From positions 1,147 through 65,146 of the forward strand of contig CAZONQ010000002.1 of assembly GCA_964581125.1 (NCBI GenBank): a DNA stretch of 64,000 nt. Reading direction: 5' to 3'. Both the position numbers and the translations under genes were made by a program. The stretch comes from an uncultured Ornithinimicrobium sp. GTDB lineage: Bacteria; Actinomycetota; Actinomycetes; Actinomycetales; Dermatophilaceae. This document shows positions 33,104 through 42,108 of this stretch, one piece after another. Below the pieces are notes generated by a model that saw nothing but the letters and a program-made list of their open reading frames with translations, made no database searches and was not told the DNA's origin. Position 1 is the stretch's first letter. The number at the start of each line of letters is the position of its first letter.

Positions 33104-33430
33104 TCAGTCGACGGGCTGCCAGGTGAGGCGGCCGGCCGCCTCGCCCAGCTCGCCGGTCACCATCTCGCCGACCGCCCGCTCGATGTAGTCGCGGCGCTCC
33201 ACCGTGGGCGCGTTGGTGGTGAACTCCAGCGCCCCCTCGGCGACGCGGATGCGCACCGAGCCGCCCTCGCGGAAGGGGATGGTGTAGCCGTCCTGCTCGC
33301 GCAGCGAGCCACGGTGCAGGTTGGCCTCCTCCATGACGCGCTCGAGGACCCCCTGGGGGTCCGTGACCTCCAACGACGTGGTGCTGCGCTCCTGCGCCCC
33401 TTCGGGCGCACCGGGGAACATGTTGGCCAT
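33104..33430 (-). CDS. Hypothetical protein (possibly DUF2218-like)
   Basis: 108-aa ORF with AAGGAAG RBS; ends in LTWQ. Confidence 0.65.
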   Translation of the reverse strand: MANMFPGAPEGAQERSTTSLEVTDPQGVLERVMEEANLHRGSLREQDGYTIPFREGGSVRIRVAEGALEFTTNAPTVERRDYIERAVGEMVTGELGEAAGRLTWQPVD

Positions 33431-33514
33431 CGCGATCAACTTCCTTGTCGTGGTGGTCGGGACCGGGACCATCATGTCAGAGCACCCCGCCGCACCCGCA
33501 GGGTGCACCCGCGC

Positions 33515-34648
33515 TCAGCGGCGCTCGAGGTCGACGAGCACCTCGTGGTGGGTGGTCTGGGGGAACATGTCGAACAGCCGGGCGCGGCGCACCCGCAAGG
33601 ACGGCATCGCCGCCAGGTCGCGGGCCAGCGAGCGGGCGTCGCACGAGGAGTAGACGACGCGGCGCACGCCCGACCCCTCCAGCCAGCCGGCGAGGGGACC
33701 GACCCCGCGGCGTGGCGGGTTGACGACCACGCAGTCCGGGGCCGGCGAGTCCCTCAGGTATGACGTCGCGTCCCCGACCTCGAAGCGCACCCGGTCCTCG
33801 GTCAGGCCGAGCTCGGCGGCGCTGGCCCGGGCGCTCGCGACCGCCTCGGCGGAGGTCTCGACGCCGAGCACGGCCCGGTCGGGGGCGGCCAGGTGCAGGG
33901 CGAAGCCGCCGACGCCGCAGTAGAGGTCCCAGAGGGTCCGCGCGCGGTCGGCCGCCTCGTCGACCCAGTCCCTGGCCTGCCGGTAGAGCGCGGCCGCGAC
34001 CAGGGTGTTGGTCTGGAAGAAGCTGCCGGGCCGCAGGTGCAGGCGCACGTCGTCGACCCGCATGGGCAGGGTGCCGTCGTCGGTGAGGAGCAGCTCCTCG
34101 GGGCCCTCCAGCACGGCCTTGTGCTCGGGCTGGAGGTTGACGGAGACGACCCGGGTGCCGGGGAGCGCGTCGCGCAGCCGGGGGAGCAGCTCGCGCGCGC
34201 GGGCCAGCTGGCCGGGGGAGCGGAGCACGAAGCGGACCATGAGCTCCTCGTCGGGGGAGGAGGTGACGAGCAGGTGCTTGAGCTCGCCCTGGCGCCGGGG
34301 GACGTCGTAGGGGGTCAGTCCGGAGTCGGCCAGCAGGTCGGCCAGGACGAGGACGGCGCGGTGCAGGGCCGGCTCGTAGAGGCCGCACCCGCGCAGGTCG
34401 ACCCCGCGCCCCTCGGCGTCGAGGATGCCGACGGTCGGCGCGCCCTTGGTGCCCCCGACGACGAGCTTGGCCTTGTTGCGGAAGCCCTGCTCGGGGCCGT
34501 GGAAGGGCGGGGCCCAGGCGTCCTCCGGGACGAGGCCGGCCAGGGTGCGGCCGAGCCGGTCGCGGGCGTCGGCCAGCTGCGCCGCGTGGGAAACCCCCAT
34601 GAGGGAGCAGGAACGGCATACCCCTGCGTCGTAGTAGTCGCAGCGCAC
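33515..34648 (-). CDS. rlmC: 23S rRNA (uracil-747-C5)-methyltransferase
   Basis: N-terminal C-x7-C-x2-C Fe-S motif, FRNKAK, SFFQTN, WDLYCGVGGF, VNPPRRG, YSSC, DMFPQT.H.E. Confidence 0.88.
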   Translation of the reverse strand: MRCDYYDAGVCRSCSLMGVSHAAQLADARDRLGRTLAGLVPEDAWAPPFHGPEQGFRNKAKLVVGGTKGAPTVGILDAEGRGVDLRGCGLYEPALHRAVLVLADLLADSGLTPYDVPRRQGELKHLLVTSSPDEELMVRFVLRSPGQLARARELLPRLRDALPGTRVVSVNLQPEHKAVLEGPEELLLTDDGTLPMRVDDVRLHLRPGSFFQTNTLVAAALYRQARDWVDEAADRARTLWDLYCGVGGFALHLAAPDRAVLGVETSAEAVASARASAAELGLTEDRVRFEVGDATSYLRDSPAPDCVVVNPPRRGVGPLAGWLEGSGVRRVVYSSCDARSLARDLAAMPSLRVRRARLFDMFPQTTHHEVLVDLERR

Positions 34649-34673
34649 CCGCAGATCCTAGGCGCCCGACGGC

Positions 34674-35183
34674 TCAGGGCCGACCCGCCGTGCGCATGGA
34701 GTCCAGCGACCAGCGGCCGGCGCCGGTGAAGGCGAGGGGCAGGCTGAGGGCGACGTAGAGGAGCAGCGGCTCGCCGGTGAGCGCCCCCTCGGGGGTCAGC
34801 GGCGTGTAGCCCAGGGCGAGCGGCACGGTGAAGGCCCAGACGGTGGCCGACGTGGCCGCGAGGAGGAAGGCGGCGGGACGGGTGAACAGGCCCACCGCGA
34901 CGAGGACGGGCAGGGCGACCTGGCCGAGCATGAGCAGCCAGGCGAAGAACTCCGGGGCCTGCGCGCCGACCGGGTTGTCGGCGACGCGGTCCACGAGCGC
35001 CGGCACGTCGACCGCCTTGTGCAGGCCGTGCGCGAGGAGCGGGAGCCCGCCGAGACGGAGCAGCAGCAGGCCGAAGTCCAGTCCGCGGCTGTGCACCTCG
35101 CCGTCGGCCGGGCCCTCCCAGGCGTCGTAGACGCTGCGGTGGTAGGTCTCCTCGCCGTCGGGGACCTCGCCCTGCTGGCTCAT
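34674..35183 (-). CDS. DoxX family membrane protein
   Basis: GLLLLRL, HGLHK, GLFTRPAA, GAGRWSLD. Confidence 0.88.
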   Translation of the reverse strand: MSQQGEVPDGEETYHRSVYDAWEGPADGEVHSRGLDFGLLLLRLGGLPLLAHGLHKAVDVPALVDRVADNPVGAQAPEFFAWLLMLGQVALPVLVAVGLFTRPAAFLLAATSATVWAFTVPLALGYTPLTPEGALTGEPLLLYVALSLPLAFTGAGRWSLDSMRTAGRP

Positions 35184-35190
35184 CGCCCGG

Positions 35191-35586
35191 CTAGCGCCCC
35201 AGCGCGCCGCGCAGCAGCTCGGCGTCCTCGGCCAGCTCGGCGGGGGAGCGCTCGAGCGTCCGCGTCATGTCGAAGTCCTCCGGGCCCGAGGCCGGGAAGA
35301 CGTGCACGTGGGCGTGCGGCACCTCGAAACCCTGGATGATGACCCCGGCGCGGACGCCGTCGAAGACCTCCACCTGCGCGCGGCCGATCCGGGCCGCGAC
35401 GTCCATGAGGTGGGCGACGGTGGCTTGGTCCAGGTCGGTCCACCGGTCGATCTCGGCGCGGGGGACGACGAGGGCGTGGCCGCGGGTGAGCGGGGAGATG
35501 TCGAGGAAGGCCGCGCAGACGTCGTCGGTCCAGACGACCTCCCCGGGGATCTCGCCCTCGATGATCTTCGTGAACAGCGTCGCCAT
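35191..35586 (-). CDS. HIT family hydrolase
   Basis: TLFTKIIEGEIP, GHALVVP, VPHAHVHVFP. Confidence 0.94.
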   Translation of the reverse strand: MATLFTKIIEGEIPGEVVWTDDVCAAFLDISPLTRGHALVVPRAEIDRWTDLDQATVAHLMDVAARIGRAQVEVFDGVRAGVIIQGFEVPHAHVHVFPASGPEDFDMTRTLERSPAELAEDAELLRGALGR

Positions 35587-35653
35587 GGGGGCAGCCTACG
35601 GCAGGGCGGCCGCGGCGTAGGCTGCTCACGCAGCCGGACGAGAGGAGCGCGGG

Positions 35654-36712
35654 GTGCGCGGAGAGTACAAGGTGCGCGGGGGCAAGCTGGTCTCCGTCGA
35701 CGTCGACACGGACGGGGACGCCATCACGGGGGCCCGGGTCTTCGGCGACTTCTTCCTCGAGCCGGACGACGCCCTCGAGGACATCGGCGCGGCGCTCGTG
35801 GGCCGTCCGGTCGACAGCACCGCCGCCGACCTCGCCGCTGCGGTCACGGAGCGGCTGGAGGCACGGCCCGAGCCGGTGCGCCTCATCGGCTTCGACGCGC
35901 GCGCGGTGGCCGTGGCGGTGCGGCGCGCCCTGGGCCGGGCGACGAGCTGGGAGGAGCTGACCTTCGACGTCATCCCCCCGGTCGTGCTGCCTCCCGTGAT
36001 GCACGTGGCCCTCGACGAGGTGCTGCCCCACGAGGTCGCCTCCGGCGCGCGGCCGCCGCTGCTGCGGATCTGGGACTGGGACTCGCCCCTCGTGGTCATC
36101 GGCTCCTTCCAGTCGGTGCGCAACGAGATCGACCCTGAGGGAGCCGCCCGGCACGGCATCGGCGTGGTCCGCCGCATCACCGGCGGCGGCGCGATGTTCA
36201 TGGAGGCGGGCAACTGCATCACCTACTCCCTGGTCGTGCCCAGCTCGCTGGTGGAGGGGCTCAGCTTCGAGCAGGCCTACGCCTACCTCGACGACTGGGT
36301 GATGGGGGCGCTGGCCGAGATCGGGGTGCAGGCGCGCTACGTGCCGCTCAACGACATCGCCTCCGAGCAGGGCAAGATCGGCGGGGCGGCGCAGCGCCGG
36401 TTCGCCGACGGCGTCGTGCTGCACCACGTGACGATGGCCTACGACATCGACGCGGAGAAGATGGGGGAGGTGCTGCGGATCGGCAAGGAGAAGCTCTCCG
36501 ACAAGGGGACGCGCAGCGCGGCCAAGCGGGTGGACCCGATGCGCTCGCAGACCGGGATGAGCAGGGAGGCGATCATCGAGGCCTTCCTCGACCACTTCCG
36601 TGGCCGCTACGCCACGCAGGACTCCACCTACACCGAGGCCGAGCTCGCCGCGGCGCGCGAGCTGGTCGAGACCAAGTTCGGCACGGCGGAGTGGACCGGG
36701 CGGGTGCCCTGA
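35654..36712 (+). CDS. lplA: Lipoate-protein ligase A (accessory domain at N-terminus)
   Basis: EYKVRGGKLV/GDFF small domain first, then VVRRITGGGAMF, NDI, KIGGAAQ. Confidence 0.9.
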   Translation: MRGEYKVRGGKLVSVDVDTDGDAITGARVFGDFFLEPDDALEDIGAALVGRPVDSTAADLAAAVTERLEARPEPVRLIGFDARAVAVAVRRALGRATSWEELTFDVIPPVVLPPVMHVALDEVLPHEVASGARPPLLRIWDWDSPLVVIGSFQSVRNEIDPEGAARHGIGVVRRITGGGAMFMEAGNCITYSLVVPSSLVEGLSFEQAYAYLDDWVMGALAEIGVQARYVPLNDIASEQGKIGGAAQRRFADGVVLHHVTMAYDIDAEKMGEVLRIGKEKLSDKGTRSAAKRVDPMRSQTGMSREAIIEAFLDHFRGRYATQDSTYTEAELAAARELVETKFGTAEWTGRVP

Positions 36713-36772
36713 CACGGCCTCGACCCCGCCGGGGCCGAGGCCGGCCGGCGGAGTCGAGAGCTGGTCGCGGCC

Positions 36773-37198
36773 TCAGCCGCAGTCGACGGCCGCGGCGGCC
36801 TCGACGTAGGTGACGACCATCTGCTCGGGCAGCGTCGAGCCGGCCCCGAAGTACTCCAGGCCCTTGCCGTTGGCGCCGTTGGGGTTCGTCCGGCCCGTGC
36901 CCTTGGGGTCGCCGATCGTCATCTTGTCGAAGATCTTGATGCCGACCGGCAGGCCGGCCTCCTCGAGCGCGGCGTAGCCGGCGTCACGGGCCGCGTCGCA
37001 CTCGGTCGTGAAGCCGGCCAGCTCGGCGGCGCCGTCCTCGGCGGACGCGACGAACCAGTTGGGCGAGGACGGGCCGTTGAGGCTGTACATCGGGATGAAG
37101 CAGTGGTGCGCGAGCGCGGGGCCGGCGCCCAGCGCGACCGCGGCGACGGCTGCGGTGCCGGCGAGCCCGGCACGACGCACGAGCGTGGATCGAGACAT
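36773..37198 (-). CDS. Hypothetical secreted protein
   Basis: AGGAGG RBS; signal peptide ending GPALA, mature N-terminus HHCF; three Cys. Confidence 0.75.
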   Translation of the reverse strand: MSRSTLVRRAGLAGTAAVAAVALGAGPALAHHCFIPMYSLNGPSSPNWFVASAEDGAAELAGFTTECDAARDAGYAALEEAGLPVGIKIFDKMTIGDPKGTGRTNPNGANGKGLEYFGAGSTLPEQMVVTYVEAAAAVDCG

Positions 37199-37294
37199 GG
37201 TTTCCTCCTGCTGCGGTTGACGGTCCCGGTCGGGGCCGTCCACCACTGAACCGGCCCCGGCGCCGACCGGCATCGTCCGCACGGGTGAAGCGCG

Positions 37295-38401
37295 TCATCC
37301 TCCGGGATGTATCTGGCGGACCGTCCCGGGGCCGAGGACGGGCGAGGTGACGAAGATCTCGCCGCGGTGGGTGACCGCGACCCCGCCCGGCAGCATGAGC
37401 TCTCCGGCGCCCAGCTCGGTGCGCGTCCCGTCGGGGGCCAGCCGGACGAGCGAGCCCTCCGGGCTGCGTCCCAGCTGCAGGCCGATCCAGCCCTCCTTGG
37501 TCAGCTCCAGGACGTAGAGGGACCCGTCAGGGCCGGCCTCGAGGTCCACCACCGAGGTGAAGCCGTCGGCCACGAGGCGGCAGTCACCCTCCTGCGGCCG
37601 CTCGGGGTCGCAGACGGCGTCGACCGAGCCGGGCTCGACCCGCCAGACCTGCGAGGTCCCCGGCTCCGCGGGGAAGCCGCGCAGCTCACCGACGTACCAG
37701 GTGCCGTCGGACCCGACGGTGACGGCGGTCGGCACGGCCTCGGACAGGACCGCCGTCCCGGCGGGCGGCACGGTCAGGGGGTGGCCGAGCGGGTCCGTCA
37801 CGACGGGCGGCAGTCCGTCCGGCACCGTCACCTCGCGCGGCCTGAGGCGGGCGGCCGTGACGATCTGCCCGTCGGGGGAGACGCGGAGCAGGTCGTTGCC
37901 GGCCGCGTCCACGACCAGTGCTCCGCCGCCCGGGAGCGCGGCGACGCCGAACGGGTTCGACTCCTCGGGGGTCAGCTCGACGTTCCACGGGTCGGGGTCG
38001 AGGTGCTGGTATGCCGTGATGTCGGCCAGCGGGACGGCGCCCCGGCCCGGGTTCCACCGGTAGAGCGTGCCGGCGCCCGTCCCGGGCGGACCGCCCGCCG
38101 TGAGCAGGTAGGTCTGCCCGCGTCCGGTCATCGAGACCGCGGACGCGATGTAGGTCGCGGGCAGCTGGGCCAGCGTGGACAGCCTCCCGGCGTGGTGCCC
38201 CCGCCGCGTCAGCTCGTCGACCGAGCCGTCCGCCTGGGTGACGACCAGACGCCCTCCGGGGCCCGCTTCCAGGCCTCTCGGACCGGACAGACCGGTGACG
38301 ACCGGGCCCACCTCCCCGGCGCCGTGACCCGCAGCCGTCGTGACCAGGCCGCACAGCGCGGCCACCAGCACGGCAGCCACCTTCCTCGTGGGTGCCCGCA
38401 T
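37295..38401 (-). CDS. ScyD/ScyE family secreted beta-propeller protein
   Basis: Signal peptide; GLSGPRGL, ESNPFGV, DAAGNDLL, AVPTAV, YVGELRGFP. Confidence 0.88.
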   Translation of the reverse strand: MRAPTRKVAAVLVAALCGLVTTAAGHGAGEVGPVVTGLSGPRGLEAGPGGRLVVTQADGSVDELTRRGHHAGRLSTLAQLPATYIASAVSMTGRGQTYLLTAGGPPGTGAGTLYRWNPGRGAVPLADITAYQHLDPDPWNVELTPEESNPFGVAALPGGGALVVDAAGNDLLRVSPDGQIVTAARLRPREVTVPDGLPPVVTDPLGHPLTVPPAGTAVLSEAVPTAVTVGSDGTWYVGELRGFPAEPGTSQVWRVEPGSVDAVCDPERPQEGDCRLVADGFTSVVDLEAGPDGSLYVLELTKEGWIGLQLGRSPEGSLVRLAPDGTRTELGAGELMLPGGVAVTHRGEIFVTSPVLGPGTVRQIHPGG

Positions 38402-38749
38402 GATCGTCTCCCTGCCTCTCGTCGGTGGGCACGAGTGTTCCCGCGGGGCCTTTCAGCGGTCTGTCAGCGCACGGTCGGCCTCGGGGTACGGTGCGGGCAG
38501 GTGACAGGGCGGGAGGGGGCGGACGTCGGGGAGAGCGGCACCCGGGCGGACGGCATACCGGAGCCGATCAGGTATGACGTGCACCTGCGGGACCGTGTCG
38601 CCGGGACCGATGGCTCACACCGGCGACCCAGCGGCCTCAGCGCGAGTGCCGGAGGCCGGACGTGCCCTCGGGCGAGGAGAGCGGAGCGCCCCGCCTCGGA
38701 GGGGTGAGGCAGTCGGGGCAGCGGCCTCTCCAGGTCAGGAACCAGGACA

Positions 38750-38777
38750 AGTTGACATAATGTGACTTATCGGCGTT
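38750..38777 (-). other. dif: dif site (XerCD chromosome dimer resolution site)
   Basis: Minus strand reads AACGCCGATAA-GTCACA-TTATGTCAACT: 11-6-11 layout with the XerD arm TTATGT(C/T)AA and an actinobacterial-type XerC arm CGCCGATAA; AT-rich and intergenic; gene orientation broadly converges on this region. Confidence 0.9.
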
Positions 38778-39444
38778 ACGCCGGCACCAGCTCCAGGACG
38801 GCCCCGAGGTCCTCGACGTGCGCGTTGTGACCGAGGCCCGCGAGGGTCACCGGTGCGTCCACCAGCGCCGCCAGCTCCTCGTGGGACACCATCGTGTCGT
38901 GCTCGCCGCGCGCCAGGACCACAGGACAACCGGCGTGCGCGACGAGCTGCCGCATGTCGAACGCACCCACGTCGAACGTCCTCGGGTCCTGCGCCAGCCT
39001 CCAGCCGCCGCCCGCCAGCTGCTGGATCCCTGCCTCCACGACCGGGTCGTCGGCGGTGACGAGCCCGCCCAGTCCGGAGACCTTCAGGAAACGCTCGGTG
39101 GCTTCCTCAAGCGTCGGCACGACCTTGGGCGGCCGACGCGCCAGCCCGGCGACGCGCTCCAGCTCCTCCGCCGACCACCGGACCTTGACGCCCAGACCGA
39201 CGACGCTGCGCACGCGGGCCGGAGCCATCGCCGCCAGGACCAGCGCGACCACGCCGCCCATCGAGTGCCCGACGACGTCCACCGGGTCCTCGGGCAGCTG
39301 GTCCAGGACCGCCCGCGCGTGCCGTTCGTACGTGTAGGGCGGGTCCCAGGCTGCCGAACCGTGGCCCGGCAGGTCCGGCGCGAGCCCAGCAGCCCGCCAG
39401 ACCTCTCCCACCCCTCCCAGCCCGTGCAGGAGCAAGGTTGACAT
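38776..39444 (-). CDS. Alpha/beta fold hydrolase bracketed by dif and a dif-like site
   Basis: LLHGLGG, PDLPGHG.A, GHSMGG, GHNAHVE; AGGGAG RBS 7 nt before ATG 39444. Confidence 0.88.
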   Translation of the reverse strand: MSTLLLHGLGGVGEVWRAAGLAPDLPGHGSAAWDPPYTYERHARAVLDQLPEDPVDVVGHSMGGVVALVLAAMAPARVRSVVGLGVKVRWSAEELERVAGLARRPPKVVPTLEEATERFLKVSGLGGLVTADDPVVEAGIQQLAGGGWRLAQDPRTFDVGAFDMRQLVAHAGCPVVLARGEHDTMVSHEELAALVDAPVTLAGLGHNAHVEDLGAVLELVPA

Positions 39445-39463
39445 AACGTGACTCCCTGCTGAC
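39436..39463 (-). other. Partial dif-like site (XerD arm plus spacer, degenerate XerC arm)
   Basis: GTTGACATAA-CGTGAC-T (39437-39453) matches dif GTTGACATAA-TGTGAC-T (38751-38767) at 16/17 in direct orientation. Confidence 0.75.
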
Positions 39464-39502
39464 GTCGTCGTTCTAGCCGTGATCCTAGACAACACCGGGC
39501 GC

Positions 39503-40066
39503 TCAGCGCCTGGTCCCGTACCTCGTCAGGACCACACCGCCGGGAAACGTCCGGGTCTCCAGCAGGTCGAGCTGCACGCGGCCGTCCAGCGCCGTGAAGA
39601 ACGGCGTGCCGCCTCCCACCAGGACCGGCGCGGTCGCCAGGACGAGCTCGTCGACCAGCCCGGCGCGCATCGCCGCGCCGGCCAGCGTCGCGCCGCCGAT
39701 GTCCATGTCGCCGCCGTCCTCGGCCTTGAGCCTCCTGATCTCGGCGACGGCGTCGCCTGCCACCAGCCGGGTGTTCCAGTCGACGGTGCCGACCGTCGAG
39801 GAGAACACCACCTTGGGCATCGCCCTCCAGCGGCGGGCGTACTCCGCCTCGGCCGGGGTTACCCCGGGCTGCCGGTCGACGGTCGGCCAGTGCGAGCTCA
39901 TCGTCTCCCACAACCGTCGGCCGTAGAGCGAGAGCTCGGTCGCGGCCACCCGGTCGGACCACCACCCGAAGAGCTCGTCGCTCGGCACGCTCCAGCCCAG
40001 GTCGTCCCCCGGCGCGGCGACATAGCCGTCGAGGCTCACGTTCATGCCGTAGACCAGTCTGCGCAC
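39503..40066 (-). CDS. Dihydrofolate reductase/RibD C-terminal family protein
   Basis: MNVSLDGYV, LYGRRLWE, PKVVFS, GGATLA, GLVDE, PVLVGGG. Confidence 0.92.
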   Translation of the reverse strand: MRRLVYGMNVSLDGYVAAPGDDLGWSVPSDELFGWWSDRVAATELSLYGRRLWETMSSHWPTVDRQPGVTPAEAEYARRWRAMPKVVFSSTVGTVDWNTRLVAGDAVAEIRRLKAEDGGDMDIGGATLAGAAMRAGLVDELVLATAPVLVGGGTPFFTALDGRVQLDLLETRTFPGGVVLTRYGTRR

Positions 40067-40205
40067 GGCACCAGCCTCCTCGTGGACCCGACCCCGGTCA
40101 ACAGGACCGCCAGGCCCGGTCGTGAGGGGTCAGGCAGCTCCACCTGGCTCCCGGTCCGGCCCCGGATGATCGGGGTCACCGACCAGGCCCGGTCGTTCCC
40201 GAGCG

Positions 40206-41306
40206 TCAGGTCTGCTGCACGTCCAGTCCCAGCATCCGCGCCAGGCTGCGCAGCTCGCGCTGCACGCCCTCGCGCCGCGTGCGGCTGAACGGCTCGTCCT
40301 CGTGCACCGCGTGCACGACCAGGCGCCCGGCGCGGTGGTCGGCGGTGGCGTCCACCTTGCCCACCAGGCGGTCGCCGTCCAGCACCGGCAGCGCGAAGTA
40401 GCCCCAGCGACGCTTCGCCGCCGGCTTGTACATCTCCAGCGCGTAGTCGAACTCGAACAGCTCCACCATCCGCTTGCGGTCGAAGAGGAGCCGGTCCAGC
40501 GGCGAGACGAGGGCCACCCGCCCCCTCCACGGCAGGTCGAGGTATGAGGTGTCCACCCGCCACGTGCCCCGCACCCCCTCGACGACGGCCTCCTCCCCCG
40601 CCGCCCCGACGTCCTGGGCCTCGACGGGGCACTGCGGACCCTTGGCGCGGGCGATCCCGAGCGCCGCCAGCCGCCTGCGGTCCCGCTCCACCCTCGCCTG
40701 CGCCGCCGGCACGGCCTCCACGTCGGGATGGACCCGCTCCGCCAGGTCCCAGCAGCGCTCCCCGCCCTCGCGGCTGGCCACCGCGACGTCGCCGGCGGCC
40801 TCCATGAGGTCGAGCATGAGGACGACGTTCTTGCCCTCGTTCCACCCGCTGGAGCGCCAGGGCACCTGCGTGGTGTCCGGCAGCGCGCGGGCCGGCAGCG
40901 GACCGTCGGCCCGCAGCCGCTCCAGGATGTCCCGGCGGCAGCCCCGGTTGGCCTCGAGCCACCGCTCGTTGGCCTCGCGCCACGCCGGCGCCCCCGGCTC
41001 GGCGCCCGGCCACGCGGCCATGTCGGCGGCGTAGAGCGCCACGTCCTCGGCGGGACGCAGGAAACCGCGCACCTCGACCAGGCGTCCGTCGCCGACGAGC
41101 CGGTCCAGGTCCTGGGGGTGGTATGCCGTGCCCAGCCGGCTCCAGCACACCAGGTCGGCGTTGGTCGCCACGCGGTCGGTCAGGTCCACCTGGACGCAGC
41201 TGAGGTGGCGCAGGGTCTCGAGCAGGTCGGTCGGCCGCGGCGACGCCAGCAGCTGGGCGCGCACGGCCACCCGCCGCGCGTCGCGACGGCTGAGCTCCAG
41301 CGTCAC
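40206..41306 (-). CDS. YcaQ/AlkZ (HTH_42) DNA crosslink repair glycosylase
   Basis: VQVD (QxD) motif, WSRLG..Y, LVSPLDRL, EMYKPAAKRRWGYFALPVL.GDRLVGKVD. Confidence 0.9.
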   Translation of the reverse strand: MTLELSRRDARRVAVRAQLLASPRPTDLLETLRHLSCVQVDLTDRVATNADLVCWSRLGTAYHPQDLDRLVGDGRLVEVRGFLRPAEDVALYAADMAAWPGAEPGAPAWREANERWLEANRGCRRDILERLRADGPLPARALPDTTQVPWRSSGWNEGKNVVLMLDLMEAAGDVAVASREGGERCWDLAERVHPDVEAVPAAQARVERDRRRLAALGIARAKGPQCPVEAQDVGAAGEEAVVEGVRGTWRVDTSYLDLPWRGRVALVSPLDRLLFDRKRMVELFEFDYALEMYKPAAKRRWGYFALPVLDGDRLVGKVDATADHRAGRLVVHAVHEDEPFSRTRREGVQRELRSLARMLGLDVQQT

Positions 41307-41992
41307 GGGCCGGCCACCTGCCCACGCGCGCCGCGCAGCAGGCCGGGCCGGACGACGAGCCCGGCCCGCACCAGGCCCGCCCGGACCCGCTCGCGCAGCG
41401 CCGGCTCCGCGAGCCTGCGGTGCGTCAGCCGGTCCCCCAGGCCCGGGAGTCTCCGCGCGATCCAGGCGAGCACGGTGGCCTGGTCCCCCAGCGGCAGCGG
41501 GGTGCCCCGCTCCCCCACGACGCCGTGCACCGAGGCATACACCTGGGCACCGCGCACCACCGTCTCCTCCCCCGGGCCCACGACCGCAGCCCGGCAGGCC
41601 ATGCCCTCCGGCAGGGCGACCCGGCGGTAGTTCGGCTCCGTCGCGTCCAGGGCCGCCAGCTGCCCGGGGTCGAACCAGCCGACCGTCACGCGCTGCTCCC
41701 CCGGGCCTCGCGCCGGCGCCGCGGCGACGTAGCCCCGCGTGCTCACGTGGGCCGAGTGACCCACGGCCAGGCCGTCCACGGCGCCGACGGACACCGGCAG
41801 CCCGCGCTCCAGGGCGGGTCCGAGCTTGCGCGCGAGGACCGTCGGCGAGGCGTTGGACCCGACGGCGACGACCGGGACCCGGCGGTCCAGGTCCTCGCCG
41901 ACGTCTCCCGCCTGCAGCCCGGCCGGGGTGAGCCGGCCGCGGCGCGCCGGCAGTCCGCTCGTCCAGGGATAGGTGCTCGGGTCCAGGTGCAT
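41303..41992 (-). CDS. Hypothetical protein, gamma-glutamylcyclotransferase-like
   Basis: VVAVGSNASP, LDATEPNY; GTGA overlap with the glycosylase gene. Confidence 0.7.
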   Translation of the reverse strand: MHLDPSTYPWTSGLPARRGRLTPAGLQAGDVGEDLDRRVPVVAVGSNASPTVLARKLGPALERGLPVSVGAVDGLAVGHSAHVSTRGYVAAAPARGPGEQRVTVGWFDPGQLAALDATEPNYRRVALPEGMACRAAVVGPGEETVVRGAQVYASVHGVVGERGTPLPLGDQATVLAWIARRLPGLGDRLTHRRLAEPALRERVRAGLVRAGLVVRPGLLRGARGQVAGP

Positions 41993-42108
41993 CTCGCCTC
42001 CGCCTACCGAGTATGCCGTGTCCACACCCCCCACGTCCTGCCCGTCCCCGTCCACAGGACGGGTCCTGTCCGTGGCGCAGCGCCGCCCCGGTGCGCAGGA
42101 TGACGGTC

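Noticed and set aside
37295-38401. Scytonemin-like biosynthetic cluster (ScyD/E plus Leu-dehydrogenase-like ScyB)
   Set aside because: The genes are 29 kb apart and no ScyA or ScyC is present; standalone ScyD/E proteins are common in actinobacteria.
38752-38757. TTGACA read as a -35 promoter element
   Set aside because: It is part of the XerD arm of dif; no properly spaced -10 or plus-strand gene follows.
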